A DNA stretch of 64,000 nucleotides. Source: an uncultured Poribacteria bacterium. GTDB taxonomy: Bacteria; Poribacteria; WGA-4E; WGA-3G. The notes below the pieces were generated by a model, which saw only the letters and a list, made by a program, of their open reading frames with translations, ran no database searches and was not told where the DNA came from. The DNA lies in the NCBI GenBank assembly GCA_958296135.2, contig CATQHZ020000001.1, positions 4,256,001 to 4,320,000 of the forward strand. Direction: 5' to 3'. A program made the translations under genes and the position numbers. Positions within the stretch are counted from its first letter, which is position 1, and each line of letters starts with the position of its first letter. Below are positions 28,789-39,033 of this stretch, piece after piece.

Positions 28789-30147
28789 CTAGAAATCCTC
28801 ATGCCGGCTAGAAGGATATAACACCTCATCCGCCGGATAACGCCTATCCCCCGGTGACTCAGCCCACGGCAAGTTTAGCACAGCCGCTTCCGGTGTCTCC
28901 ATAAGCTGCCCCTCATGGGTAACCGGGTCTGCCGTTTCCGCGCGCCATGCATCTAGGCGAGAACGCATTTCTACCAAAACATCCCAATACGCCGGATTTC
29001 CTGCAAGGTTATTCGCCTCCGACGAATCGAATACCATATCGTAGAGCCGATGTGTTTCAGTCTGCAGCTCTCGCCACCCCTGCTCCATCATGAACGTCTT
29101 GCTGATGCTGTCGTCGCAGTTCGGCATTGCCCACCGCTTCATGCTGTCATATCGGCGGATGTATTTCCACCGATTAGTGCGGATGGCGCGTTGCGGTTCA
29201 TAACAACAGTGGTAATTCACTTCGGCGAAGATGGCATCGCGCACTTCGTCAGCTTCGCCGCGCACTAGCGGGAGAATGGAGGTGCCTTGCAACCACGGCG
29301 GTGCTTCAATCCCTGCCAAGTCGCAGAGCGTTGGGAACAGATCGATCTGGCTCACTAACCCATCCACGACTTGTCCGCCGCTGAACCCCCCCGGGCCGCG
29401 CACAATAAGCATCACGCCGATACCGTGGTCGGTGAGGTGACACTTCATTCGAGGGAAAGCGAGTCCGTGGTCGGTGGTGCATATCACCAGTGTGTTGTCC
29501 GCGAGCCCATTTTCCTCCAGCGCGTCAAAAACGACACCCATCTTCCTATCTAGCGTTCGCGCCGAATCGATGTATTCCGCCATGTCCTGCCGAGTGACAG
29601 GCGTATCCGGGAACGGCGCGGGCGGCTTGACATACCTCGGGTCGGTTTTCAGTTCGCCCTCTGGCTGCGGGTCGAACCCTTTCTGTCGGCGGTGCGTCTC
29701 ACCGAACCCGACATCTAAAAAGAAGGGGGCATCCGGTTTTTCTGCTATGAACGCGCGGGCCCGTTCTTCTGCACCGGCGCGGACGCTCCCATCGGATAAA
29801 ATCCGCTGGTAGCCGGTATCCTTGATATCTTGAACGACGTGCTGAAACCCTGCCAAGGCGGTGACGTATCCGGCTTGATTGAGGGTATGCGGGATGAGCT
29901 GCGCCGGCACCGGGAGGCTCCAGCCTCGGTTGGCTAAGCCGCCCATGCCGCAGCTATGCGCCCATTGCCCGGTGAGCAGTGCAGCTCGCGAAGGCGAACA
30001 CGTCGGATTGGCGCAAAAGGCGTTCCGAAACAGCACGCCTTCTTCGGCGAGTTTTTGAATATTCGGAGTCGGAATGGCGTGGCCATAGGGTTGCACATAC
30101 CGCCCCGTGTCATGAGAATGAATGTAAACGATATTTGGTTTGTTCAT
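28789..30147 (-). CDS. Sulfatase (N-sulfoglucosamine sulfohydrolase-like)
   Basis: CSPSRAALLTG, TDHG and FPRMK motifs. Confidence 0.92.
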   Translation of the reverse strand: MNKPNIVYIHSHDTGRYVQPYGHAIPTPNIQKLAEEGVLFRNAFCANPTCSPSRAALLTGQWAHSCGMGGLANRGWSLPVPAQLIPHTLNQAGYVTALAGFQHVVQDIKDTGYQRILSDGSVRAGAEERARAFIAEKPDAPFFLDVGFGETHRRQKGFDPQPEGELKTDPRYVKPPAPFPDTPVTRQDMAEYIDSARTLDRKMGVVFDALEENGLADNTLVICTTDHGLAFPRMKCHLTDHGIGVMLIVRGPGGFSGGQVVDGLVSQIDLFPTLCDLAGIEAPPWLQGTSILPLVRGEADEVRDAIFAEVNYHCCYEPQRAIRTNRWKYIRRYDSMKRWAMPNCDDSISKTFMMEQGWRELQTETHRLYDMVFDSSEANNLAGNPAYWDVLVEMRSRLDAWRAETADPVTHEGQLMETPEAAVLNLPWAESPGDRRYPADEVLYPSSRHEDF

Positions 30148-30168
30148 ATTTCTCGTGTGTTTGGGCAT

Positions 30169-30513
30169 TTAGAGAGTCAGACTTGCCCGGAGAATGTCAA
30201 TAACCACCTCAACAATCTCCGTGAACACCTCTGCTTCCAAAACGCCGAGTTGCCTCACTATGAGATTCTGGTGGGCAGTGAACAACTTAGCTGGAAGAGC
30301 ATAACTCACCAGACTTAACGAACCCGTAGCAAAACTAGCCGAGGTTAGCCGGATAGTTCGGTATCCCCTCACCGGATTACTCGTAATTTGGATGATAGCC
30401 CAATCCTGGTGTCCTGCTTCTGCGAGAACCACAGCAGGCCTGAACTTTGATGCCGACAGGTCTGAAAATGGAAAACGGACTAAGACGACGGATCCGGCTG
30501 CAAGTGGGCCCAT
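30169..30513 (-). CDS. PemK/MazF family toxin
   Basis: GSVVLVRFPFSD..SK.RPAVV and ITS motifs. Confidence 0.9.
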   Translation of the reverse strand: MGPLAAGSVVLVRFPFSDLSASKFRPAVVLAEAGHQDWAIIQITSNPVRGYRTIRLTSASFATGSLSLVSYALPAKLFTAHQNLIVRQLGVLEAEVFTEIVEVVIDILRASLTL

Positions 30514-30701
30514 GCAGCATCCTCCTCTGGGCGGAGCCAGTGCTCAGCAAGCGCAGCTTCGCTTAGCAAGGCGGTGTCAGAGACACAAGATTCCTCGCTG
30601 AATATTGTGACGAACGCGCGTGCCGGTTTTGGCAACTGCAGCGGTTCAAGCAATGTCACATTGCCTTGTTCGTCAACGGTTGCTTCAACAACTTTTAACA
30701 T
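30480..30701 (-). CDS. Putative antitoxin
   Basis: Small acidic ORF overlapping the toxin start; W.RPEED.AW.HL tail. Confidence 0.8.
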   Translation of the reverse strand: MLKVVEATVDEQGNVTLLEPLQLPKPARAFVTIFSEESCVSDTALLSEAALAEHWLRPEEDAAWAHLQPDPSS

Positions 30702-30742
30702 TGGTTTATCTCCATTCTTTTTGTTATGATTTGAAAATCCAT

Positions 30743-30858
30743 AGGACTTAGACAGAAGCGACAGCGGGCGGTAGGTGCGCTTTGGAAGCGCGCATTCAAC
30801 GCCAGCGCGGCTGCAAACCGCGCCTACCGGCAGGAAGAAATTGAATTGCGCAAGTCCT
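30743..30858. mobile_element. MITE-like element with AGGACTT/AAGTCCT termini, REP cargo and 7-bp direct repeat AATCCAT
   Basis: AATCCAT at 30736-30742 and 30859-30865 flanks the terminal inverted repeats. Confidence 0.65.
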
Positions 30859-30875
30859 AATCCATAACAATAGGT

Positions 30876-31103
30876 TCAACCAGCATCGCTTTCAGACGAT
30901 GGATCTGGCTGCAAGTATGCCCATGCGGCCACCTCTTCCGGGCGATTCCAGAGAGAGACTCCATTTAGCAAGGTGGTATCCGGAACATTAAGTTCCTCGC
31001 TGAAGATAACTACGAACGCGCGAGCAGGTTTCTGCAACTCAATTGGTTCAAGCAACTTCACAGTGCCTTTTTCATCAATTGTCGCTTCAACAACTTTTAA
31101 CAT
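30876..31103 (-). CDS. Second antitoxin paralog (orphan)
   Basis: MLKVVEAT.DE.G.V.LLEP shared with 30480..30701. Confidence 0.75.
   Translation of the reverse strand: MLKVVEATIDEKGTVKLLEPIELQKPARAFVVIFSEELNVPDTTLLNGVSLWNRPEEVAAWAYLQPDPSSESDAG
30892..30924 (-). pseudogene. Truncated toxin 5' remnant (MGILAARSIV*)
   Basis: Aligns with toxin start MGPLAAGSVVL; the TTA codon is replaced by TGA. Confidence 0.6.
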
Positions 31104-31147
31104 AAGAGTATACCTCACAAGCGTCAGAATGTCAAGGAAATATATTA

Positions 31148-32185
31148 TCAACGGGACAAAGCGTCCCTAAGTGCCTCACACAGATTATCGGGCGGGTCGA
31201 ACGGGATATCAATCGGTTGGTGCGAGAGGGCACTCGCATAAATGCCTAAAACGGCGTTCCACTGATGCAATGCGCGCTTGAGATGCGTGCCGACAGGTTT
31301 CGCGTCGTCTTCGAGCCAACCGAACATCGCATTGGTGAGCCCGGCTTGCGCCCGCTCATTATTCCTCACGCGGTCTGCCTCGGAAGTCAGCATGCTGTAT
31401 TCGCTCATTTTTCGAGTTTCAACACCGCAGTCACCAAATTCTTCAAAGAAAGCGATGCCTTCTTCGCCGTAAGCGGCGACGCGGCAATGCTTGTAAATCC
31501 CCGGGTCTTCGCTAACGCGCCGGGATGCAGAACCCGTAGTCCACTGCCCGTGGACACCATTTTCAAATAGCACCTGACACGTCGTTGTATCCGGCCCAGG
31601 GTAAGTGCTGTTGAAAGCCGCCGCACCGCTAGCATTGCCGAAGACTTGGACAATAGGTGCATCCGCGTTGAGGCACATTGCCCAATCGATGATATGCGTG
31701 CCTTGCGCGGCGATATTCATACCACACGAGAACGCTAAAAACAGGATTTCGCCCAAGTAGCCACCCGCCACTGCTCGTTGACAGTTTGTCAGATAAGAAT
31801 GCCAGCGGAACTGCTTGCCTACGCCGAATTTAGTCGAAGTCTGGCGCTCCAATTCGGACAGCAACCGCCAATCTGCCACGCCGCAAGCTATCGGCTTTTC
31901 AACGATACATGCAGGCACACCGAGTTCGGATACCATCGACATCAGTTCGCACACCTGGTCTGGCATAGTGACGAGATGCACCAAGTCTGGTTTCTCGGCG
32001 CGAAGCATCTGCTCGGCATCCGCGTAGCCGGGAATCCCGAAGGTCTTGGCGAATTTTTCGCGACGCAATGTGTCTGAACGGTTGGCACACGCGACGAGCT
32101 CGCCTTGATAGACGTGTTGATAGGCGTTCGCGTGCCCGTAAGCTCTACTGCCGCAGCCTATGATTGCAGAACGGTATTTTGGCAT
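31148..32185 (-). CDS. Gfo/Idh/MocA family oxidoreductase
   Basis: IIGCG, EKP and GTH..D motifs. Confidence 0.88.
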   Translation of the reverse strand: MPKYRSAIIGCGSRAYGHANAYQHVYQGELVACANRSDTLRREKFAKTFGIPGYADAEQMLRAEKPDLVHLVTMPDQVCELMSMVSELGVPACIVEKPIACGVADWRLLSELERQTSTKFGVGKQFRWHSYLTNCQRAVAGGYLGEILFLAFSCGMNIAAQGTHIIDWAMCLNADAPIVQVFGNASGAAAFNSTYPGPDTTTCQVLFENGVHGQWTTGSASRRVSEDPGIYKHCRVAAYGEEGIAFFEEFGDCGVETRKMSEYSMLTSEADRVRNNERAQAGLTNAMFGWLEDDAKPVGTHLKRALHQWNAVLGIYASALSHQPIDIPFDPPDNLCEALRDALSR

Positions 32186-32254
32186 AAGGATATCCTCTCG
32201 AGCACTTCATAGTGAGAATGAAATCAGGTTATTTCCGCAAACATCCCGCGTGTC

Positions 32255-32428
32255 CGTAGGGCGAGGGCCGTTACGGTCACGTCTACAGAAAATGTGCGTG
32301 TGTCGCCCCGCGTAAACACGGTCACGTCTACAGAAAAAGTGCGTGTGTCGCCCCGCGTAAACACGCTACCTTACTTTAACTTTGTCATCTCTGCAGCCTC
32401 GCTGCAGAGATGTCCACTGTCCCTCGCC
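32255..32428. mobile_element. REP with nested hairpin insert (2 x 45-bp units)
   Basis: Same element as at 7631. Confidence 0.75.
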
Positions 32429-32457
32429 TTGCGACAGCACACACGGAAGACAGCCCC

Positions 32458-33270
32458 CTAACGTTTCGTTTTGACGTGGGCCCACACCGTCGTCAACCGG
32501 CCGAGCGGCGACACCGGCGTAAACCCGAATATTCTGCCGAGCCCATCGTTCATAATCTCGTTGATATCTGCCTCACTTAAAGCGGTGTTGAAGATGGCGA
32601 CATCGTCCATGAGGCCCCGCGCGGGACGCTGGTCTGCCATGCCACCAATCTGGAGCGACTGCCCGGTAAGTCCGAAAACGCCGCCGGTTTTTGACTGCGC
32701 GTCAACCTTCCCATCGACGTAGGCTATCATCTCCTTGCCATCGTAGGTAAAGGCGATGTGGTGCCACTTGTCGTCATTGACGAGCGTCGGGCCAGAAACC
32801 CACGAAGGTGCAAGCTGCCCACTGCCTATCTCCACCTTCCCGTGCCCGCCGCCTCTGCCGGGGCCGAAGATATTCAACAGGCAGGTATACTTGAAATTGA
32901 TGATGGCGTGGTCATCGTTGCAGCAGCCGCCCAGAACCACCTTCTCTTTCTTCTGGAGTTTCACCCACGTGGTGGTGGTGTATTCTTCAGCGCAGCTGTC
33001 GAGACTTTTGGAAGTCGGCACCATCGCAATCTGAAATTCCTTATCGCCAGATAAGCTGAGGGCCTTCTCAAATTTCCCATCGTCCACCAATGCCGCGCCC
33101 TTGAGCAGTTCGGCATCGTTGCCGTTTTCAGAAGAATCGGGGGACATATCCTGTTTATCCACCTCATCGAAGAGCCACACGCCGACGATGTTTTTGGCAT
33201 CAATCGCCGCATCGCTCACGGACATCGTGGCGATGAGACAGATTCCCATGAAAATCGCTAATTTCCGCAT
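32458..33270 (-). CDS. Secreted LamG/concanavalin-like domain protein
   Basis: Signal peptide; VGVWLFDE, WHHIAFTYDG, YVDG and DDVAIFN motifs; C-terminal VSPLGRLTTVWAHVK. Confidence 0.88.
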   Translation of the reverse strand: MRKLAIFMGICLIATMSVSDAAIDAKNIVGVWLFDEVDKQDMSPDSSENGNDAELLKGAALVDDGKFEKALSLSGDKEFQIAMVPTSKSLDSCAEEYTTTTWVKLQKKEKVVLGGCCNDDHAIINFKYTCLLNIFGPGRGGGHGKVEIGSGQLAPSWVSGPTLVNDDKWHHIAFTYDGKEMIAYVDGKVDAQSKTGGVFGLTGQSLQIGGMADQRPARGLMDDVAIFNTALSEADINEIMNDGLGRIFGFTPVSPLGRLTTVWAHVKTKR

Positions 33271-33490
33271 GTTCGGTTCCTCCGTATCGGACAGACGCAA
33301 CCCCAACGCCGTAGGTGCGGGTTGCAACCGCACAACCTCCCCGCCTACCGGATTTGCGCCGGTCTTGTAGAAAAATATAGTGAGATTTTACCTTAATGTG
33401 AGGTTTTTGTCTAGAAAAAAGTGACATCGTTCAGAGTGGTTCAGTTCGTGGATAACCTGTAAGGACAGCGTCTAACGTGACAGAGAGACT

Positions 33491-34591
33491 TCAAGGCACA
33501 TAAACGCCTAACGCGACACCAGCATCCGTAGCAAACCAAAGTTTCCCATCCTTTCCCTCAAACACCGAGCGGACGTGAGGATGCGGTAACCCCGCGCCGG
33601 TGCTAAAGTTTTCAAACGTCTCGCCGTTATAGATGCTGACACCGGTGCCCGTCACACGTAACTCCGCGCTTACGTCCGTTTCGGTTTCATGCATGATAAG
33701 TTCCTGATGCACCCCCGTAAACCAAAGGGTGCCTCGGCTATCTTGCAGGATGCGGACAACCCGATTCATCGGAAGCACCTCACTGCGCGGAAATCTCACG
33801 AGTGCTTTGCCATCATATCGGCACAGCCCTTGTTCTTGGCTAATCCAGAGGTTTCCATTCGCATCAAACTGCAAATCTGTCAGATGTCCGGTCTCTTGGT
33901 GCCCCATCACTTCAAACGGGGCGAACGCCGTATCCACGGCGAAATAGCGGTGCTGAGCGGTTTGGACATTGTAATGGCTGAGGCCGGCATCGCTGCCGAA
34001 CCAGAAGTTCCCGGCGGCATCCTGCGCGATGGCTCTGACATCATCCCACCACTCGGGTAAGACGTTCATGCCGGTAGGGCCATCCATCATAAGCGTGTTG
34101 AACGTTGCGCCATCGTAACGACTCACGCCATTAGTTGCGAACCAGAAGGTGCCGGTGTTGTCCTCAAAGATATCGCTAACGGTTTTACCGCCGAGCCCAT
34201 CCGCGGGGGTAAAAACGTGGAATGTCTGGCCATCGTAGCGGCTCACGCCTTGTCCCGTAATCATGTTCGCTTTCAGAAACGTCACTCCGGTGCCAAACCA
34301 GAGCAGCCCTTGCCGTTCTTCAAAAATAAGCCCGACGATGTCTGCTGCTAATCCATCTGCAGTCGTGAAGGTGTGGAAGTGCGTTCCATCGTATCGGGTG
34401 ACTCCCTCGGTGGTGCCGAACCACATCGTGCCGTGGCTGTCTTCAAAAATAGCGAGCACGGTGTCGCTTGCGACTCCATCCGCTTGGGTGAAGGTTTTCT
34501 CGATGCGGAGTTCCCCCGCGTGACTGATAGATACCGCCCAAGAGAGCAGGAGAAACACTGCGAGCAGTCTCGCGCGCAATTGGCTTTGCAT
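33491..34591 (-). CDS. Secreted two-component-regulator-type beta-propeller repeat protein
   Basis: Repeated I.ED..G..WF.T..GV.RYDG...TF..ADGL units; no kinase domain. Confidence 0.85.
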   Translation of the reverse strand: MQSQLRARLLAVFLLLSWAVSISHAGELRIEKTFTQADGVASDTVLAIFEDSHGTMWFGTTEGVTRYDGTHFHTFTTADGLAADIVGLIFEERQGLLWFGTGVTFLKANMITGQGVSRYDGQTFHVFTPADGLGGKTVSDIFEDNTGTFWFATNGVSRYDGATFNTLMMDGPTGMNVLPEWWDDVRAIAQDAAGNFWFGSDAGLSHYNVQTAQHRYFAVDTAFAPFEVMGHQETGHLTDLQFDANGNLWISQEQGLCRYDGKALVRFPRSEVLPMNRVVRILQDSRGTLWFTGVHQELIMHETETDVSAELRVTGTGVSIYNGETFENFSTGAGLPHPHVRSVFEGKDGKLWFATDAGVALGVYVP

Positions 34592-34633
34592 TGAAATAAC
34601 TCCTTTCGTTGTCGTCTTAACTTTTGTCAAGGC

Positions 34634-36766
34634 TTAGTTTTTTAGCATCTCCACAATTGCTCGATGCCCCTTGGATTCCGCCAGCATTGCCGCCGTATCG
34701 CCTTGCTGATTTTTCAAGTCGGCATCGGCCTGATGCGCAAGCAGAAGTCGCACGATGTCCGCATATCCGCGCCAAGCGGCATACATTAACGCTGTCTCAC
34801 CCCTGCGGTTGTGCGCATTGACAGCCGCGCCTTTTTCAAGCAGCCGCTTCGTTAATGCAACATCGCCTGTCTTATGGATGATGAAAATGAGCGGAGTATT
34901 GCCGTTGGCATCCGCTACGTTTACCACCGCGCCGTTGTCAATGAGGAACATCGCCACATCGGCATATCCCTTTTCGGCGGCAATGAGTAACGGAGTGCGC
35001 CCCAACGCGTCTTTGTGATTCACCTTCGGACGCGCCGCGCGGGTTGCGTTAACATCGCCACGCCAGACAGCACTGAGAAAATCATCCGGTAATTCGGTGA
35101 GAATGTGTTCCTGATTGGCAGGGAGGTTTTCGTAAACTTCTACAACGCCGCTCGGCCAGCGGATTTCCAACCGAGATGCGCCGGTGTTCTCGCCCAAACC
35201 GAAGTGCAAACGCGCGTCGTGGCTGCTCAGATAACTCGCGCATGGAGTGACATCACGGATGTGCCGCCTCAGCCCGTAGGGCGAGGGCCTGTCCCTCGCC
35301 GTGTCATCCGTTAAAATGACGCGCGCCCCAATCCCATCACGATTGCTGACTGTGCCGACGGTTTTTATCCGCAGCCAATTTTGCTTATTCCCGCTTTCGT
35401 TTCGCAATAAAGTTGCCGGGCCGTTTGACTGCGTGACAAGCATGTCAACATCGCCATCGTTATCGTAATCGCCGAAGCTGCTCCCTCGGCTGACTTGGGC
35501 ACGCTGAAAATAGGGGCCGGCAGTATCAGAAATCTCGCTGAACGTGCCATCGCCGTTATTGCGGAAGAGCTGGTTTGGTTGCGCATACGTGAGGACATCG
35601 TGCGTCTCAGCAATATTGTCAATGATATGCCCATTCGCAATGAAGAGCTCGAACCAGCCATCGTTATCGGCATCAAAAAAACCGGTGCCGAATCCGACAT
35701 AGAGATAACTCTCTTTTCCGAGGCGCGCCTCATAAATCACATCGGTGAAGGTGCCATCGCCGTTGTTACGGTAAAGCGCGTTCGTCTCGTAAGAGAGGTT
35801 CGTAACGAAGATATCCAGCGTGCCATCGCCGTTGTAATCGCCCGCGGCAACGCCCATGCCGGCTTGCGCCACGCCGTTGAAACTATAGGCGCACCCGGCG
35901 AGGAGCGAAAGCTCGCTGAACGTGCCATCGCCGTTGTTAAAGAAAAAGTCGTTGCGGGTGTCGTCGTTGGCGACATAAAGGTCTGGCGTGCCATCGTTAT
36001 TGAAGTCTGCCGAGACGACACCTAACCCCTTCCCGTGAAACATCCCGCCGATGCCGCCCACGCCTGCTTCTTGACTGACATCAGTGAACGTTCCATCGCC
36101 GTTGTTGCGGTAGAGTCTATCCGGCGCGCCTTCAAACAGAGAGGGATGGCAATAAGTGCGCGTCTCGCCTTCACCACACGGACGATAGGGCACATCCAGC
36201 GAATAGTTAAGATAGTTGACGACAAACAGATCGAGGTGCCCATCTCTATCATAATCGAGGAAGCACGCGCTGCTGCTCCAGGCCGCATCGCCGACACCCG
36301 CGTGCGCGGTGACATCGGTAAAAGTGCCATCGCCGTTGTTGCGATAAAGCACATTCGCCCCGAAATTGGTAACGTAGAGCTCGGTATCTCCATCGTTGTC
36401 GTAGTCGGCGCATGCAACGCCTTGGCCATAGTTGCCTCGGTTGCCAACGCCTGCAACGGCGGTGATGTCTGTAAAGGTGCCATCGCCGTTATTCTGATAG
36501 AGCGCAGCGGAAGTGTTGGGACGCATTGCTATATCTGTCCGCCCTGGCCAATAGCCGCTGTTGACGAGGTAAATGTCAAGCGCGCCATCGTTATCAGCGT
36601 CAAAGAAGGCACCGCCGGCACCGAGGGTTTCAGGTAGATGGTAGTCTCCCTCTGCACCGTTGACATGTCGGAAGTGGATGCCAGCCTCTGCCGTAGCGTC
36701 AACGAATTGGACATTCGCAGTTGATAAGCAGGGTATCCCACAACAAAAAAGGAGGATGAGCAGCAT
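34634..36766 (-). CDS. CRTAC1/ASPIC-UnbV (FG-GAP repeat) protein with C-terminal ankyrin repeats
   Basis: DYDNDG repeats, NRDGIGA, LHFGLG and IRWPSG motifs, then G.TPL..AA ankyrin units; start could be 36865. Confidence 0.88.
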   Translation of the reverse strand: MLLILLFCCGIPCLSTANVQFVDATAEAGIHFRHVNGAEGDYHLPETLGAGGAFFDADNDGALDIYLVNSGYWPGRTDIAMRPNTSAALYQNNGDGTFTDITAVAGVGNRGNYGQGVACADYDNDGDTELYVTNFGANVLYRNNGDGTFTDVTAHAGVGDAAWSSSACFLDYDRDGHLDLFVVNYLNYSLDVPYRPCGEGETRTYCHPSLFEGAPDRLYRNNGDGTFTDVSQEAGVGGIGGMFHGKGLGVVSADFNNDGTPDLYVANDDTRNDFFFNNGDGTFSELSLLAGCAYSFNGVAQAGMGVAAGDYNGDGTLDIFVTNLSYETNALYRNNGDGTFTDVIYEARLGKESYLYVGFGTGFFDADNDGWFELFIANGHIIDNIAETHDVLTYAQPNQLFRNNGDGTFSEISDTAGPYFQRAQVSRGSSFGDYDNDGDVDMLVTQSNGPATLLRNESGNKQNWLRIKTVGTVSNRDGIGARVILTDDTARDRPSPYGLRRHIRDVTPCASYLSSHDARLHFGLGENTGASRLEIRWPSGVVEVYENLPANQEHILTELPDDFLSAVWRGDVNATRAARPKVNHKDALGRTPLLIAAEKGYADVAMFLIDNGAVVNVADANGNTPLIFIIHKTGDVALTKRLLEKGAAVNAHNRRGETALMYAAWRGYADIVRLLLAHQADADLKNQQGDTAAMLAESKGHRAIVEMLKN

Positions 36767-36924
36767 TACCGGTAGGCGCGCTTTCGCAGCGCGCTTTGGC
36801 AGCGCGCCCACGCGGTTGGTATGGTTGGTGGCGTGGATAGCGTTTTTCTGCGATGCAAGGTTCATAATCTTCTCTGTGAAATCGCATCGGGTGAATATAG
36901 AAATCCACCCTTACGTTCCTTACG

Positions 36925-37797
36925 TTAAGGTGCATCTGCCGCGAGGCGGAAGCCGATAAAACTGGTGCCACTTTTTGGATATTGCCCAATGCGCGTTGCA
37001 CATCGTGACAAAGGCACCGGGTTCAGCCACGAACCGCCTTTCACCACGCGCCGACTGCCAACCGTGGGGCCGGTAGGGTTCCGTTCTTCACTTCGGTGGT
37101 AATAAGTATCGGCGTACCAATCCGCTGTCCATTCCCAGACGTTGCCAGCCATATCCAGCGCGCCGTAAGGACTTGCGCCTGTTGGATATTGTCCTACCGG
37201 TGCAAGGTGCTTGAATCCGTCTTTTGCATGCCACACGTTCGCGTGAATAGTTTTATTTTTTAGGGGTTGTGAAAACGGGCTTCCCCACGGCCATCGGCGT
37301 GCATCCGTGCCGCGGGCCGCTTTCTCCCATTCCGCTTCGGTGGGGAGCCGCTTTCCAACCCACGCCGCGTACGCTACCGCATCGTGCCATGACACGCCGA
37401 CGACAGGATAATTCGGCTTGCTTTTCGCGACATCGGGCCACTCGCCGAATGCCTCGCCGTAACTGATAGGGGTATGTTCGCTCTCATCGCCGCCGGCCGC
37501 CAGCCAAAATGGGTAATACGCTGCATTGGTAACCTCGGTTTTGCCGATGTAGTAGGCATCCAGATAGATGTTGTGCGCCGGTGCTTCATTCGGAAACCGC
37601 CCATCTTCGCTTCCCATCGTAAAGATGCCGGCAGAGATGAGGAGCATTTCAGGTTCTGCCATCGCGCAGGGTAGGCATGCAAAGCGGAGAAAAAAGACAA
37701 TAAATATCCCCGCTCGGTAGGCGCGCGTTGTAAGTGCACCGAAGGGGTTCGTCCTGCGTGCGTCTTGCTTATTGAGAGTGTGACATGAGACGTTCAT
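36925..37797 (-). CDS. SUMF1/FGE-sulfatase fold protein
   Basis: RLPTEAEWEKAARG, DMAGNVWEW and GFR motifs; start uncertain. Confidence 0.9.
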   Translation of the reverse strand: MNVSCHTLNKQDARRTNPFGALTTRAYRAGIFIVFFLRFACLPCAMAEPEMLLISAGIFTMGSEDGRFPNEAPAHNIYLDAYYIGKTEVTNAAYYPFWLAAGGDESEHTPISYGEAFGEWPDVAKSKPNYPVVGVSWHDAVAYAAWVGKRLPTEAEWEKAARGTDARRWPWGSPFSQPLKNKTIHANVWHAKDGFKHLAPVGQYPTGASPYGALDMAGNVWEWTADWYADTYYHRSEERNPTGPTVGSRRVVKGGSWLNPVPLSRCATRIGQYPKSGTSFIGFRLAADAP

Positions 37798-38929
37798 ATT
37801 CTTGACGCGCTTTCTCCGCCTCGGCATCGGCACCGGCGAGGCGATACGCTTTAGAAAGATTCAAATAGAACCGCGGCTCGGAAGGCTTTAAACCAATCGC
37901 GGTCTGGTATTGTTCAATCGCTTCGGGGTACTGCGCCAGCATCACATAAACCCCGGCAAGGCTGTTGCGATAGGTGGCGACGTTCGGTTTGCGCTGGATT
38001 ACCGCCTGATACATCGCCATCGCCTGCCAATAGTTTTGCCGCTGAAAGTGAAGAAAACCGAGTGCCTCGTAGCCGCGCGTCTCTTCCGGCGCGAGGGTGA
38101 CATAACGTTCTAACGCCTGCAGTGCCTCACCCCAATTCTGCCGTTTGAGATGGTGCCGGCCGAGTTGATACCACACCTGCGCGTTGGCAGGTTCTTGGCG
38201 CGCATACCGCTTCAGATGCGTCAGTTGTTCTTCCTCAATGGCCAACGTCTCAAAGCGTTTTAATGCGTCCTGCGCCGCCGCTATCTTGCCGATGCGTCGA
38301 TAGGTTGTGCCTAAACTGAAGTGCGCCTTGGCGTGAAACGGGTTCATTTCAAGCAGGTTTTTGAACGCTGCGATGGCCGATGTCCATTCCTCCTTTTGAA
38401 GATGCACGAGCCCGAGCGTGTAATGCGCCGTGTGTGAAGTTGGGTTCAATGTCACTGCGTGTTGAAGTTCAATAAGCGCGGCATCTGTCCGGTTGTCACG
38501 AAAATAGGCGATGCCTAATAACGTCCGCGCGCGCGCGTGGTTGGCATCCAGCTCGACGGCTTTCTGTAATACGTGAATGGCTTCATCGGTTTGCCCTAAC
38601 CGGATAAGCAGCACGTCGCCGAGTTCGCAGTATGCCTCAATATAGTCGGCATCGGCGGCGGTAGCGCGCCGAAACGCATCGGCGGCGGTGTCGAATTCCG
38701 CCATGCCGCTATAAATCAGGCCCAGCACGCAGTGCGCGTCCGCTAACGAAGCATCGAGCGACACTGCCTTTTCCAAGGAGGTTCGTGCTTTTTCCTGTTC
38801 GCCGTGGGACAGCGCGCGCAGCCCGGCATCATACAACCGCGCCGCAGGCGAAGCAAACGCGATGCCCGCGTGGAGGAATAGGAACAACGTGAGAGGAATT
38901 CTGAAGCATGAGATATTTTGATGCCTCAT
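37769..38929 (-). CDS. Secreted TPR protein
   Basis: Multiple canonical TPR units; signal peptide. Confidence 0.88.
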   Translation of the reverse strand: MRHQNISCFRIPLTLFLFLHAGIAFASPAARLYDAGLRALSHGEQEKARTSLEKAVSLDASLADAHCVLGLIYSGMAEFDTAADAFRRATAADADYIEAYCELGDVLLIRLGQTDEAIHVLQKAVELDANHARARTLLGIAYFRDNRTDAALIELQHAVTLNPTSHTAHYTLGLVHLQKEEWTSAIAAFKNLLEMNPFHAKAHFSLGTTYRRIGKIAAAQDALKRFETLAIEEEQLTHLKRYARQEPANAQVWYQLGRHHLKRQNWGEALQALERYVTLAPEETRGYEALGFLHFQRQNYWQAMAMYQAVIQRKPNVATYRNSLAGVYVMLAQYPEAIEQYQTAIGLKPSEPRFYLNLSKAYRLAGADAEAEKARQEYERLMSHSQ

Positions 38930-39033
38930 CGTATTGTGCCATGAGTGAACGTATGCGACGGGATGTCAAATGATTTTTTTTGCGGAACCCGGCGGCGCGG
39001 TTCAAAACCGCGCCTACCGGCAAGGTTACCGAA

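Noticed and set aside
36925-37797. Catalytic formylglycine-generating enzyme for the nearby sulfatases
   Set aside because: It lacks the active-site cysteine pair after the GGS motif.
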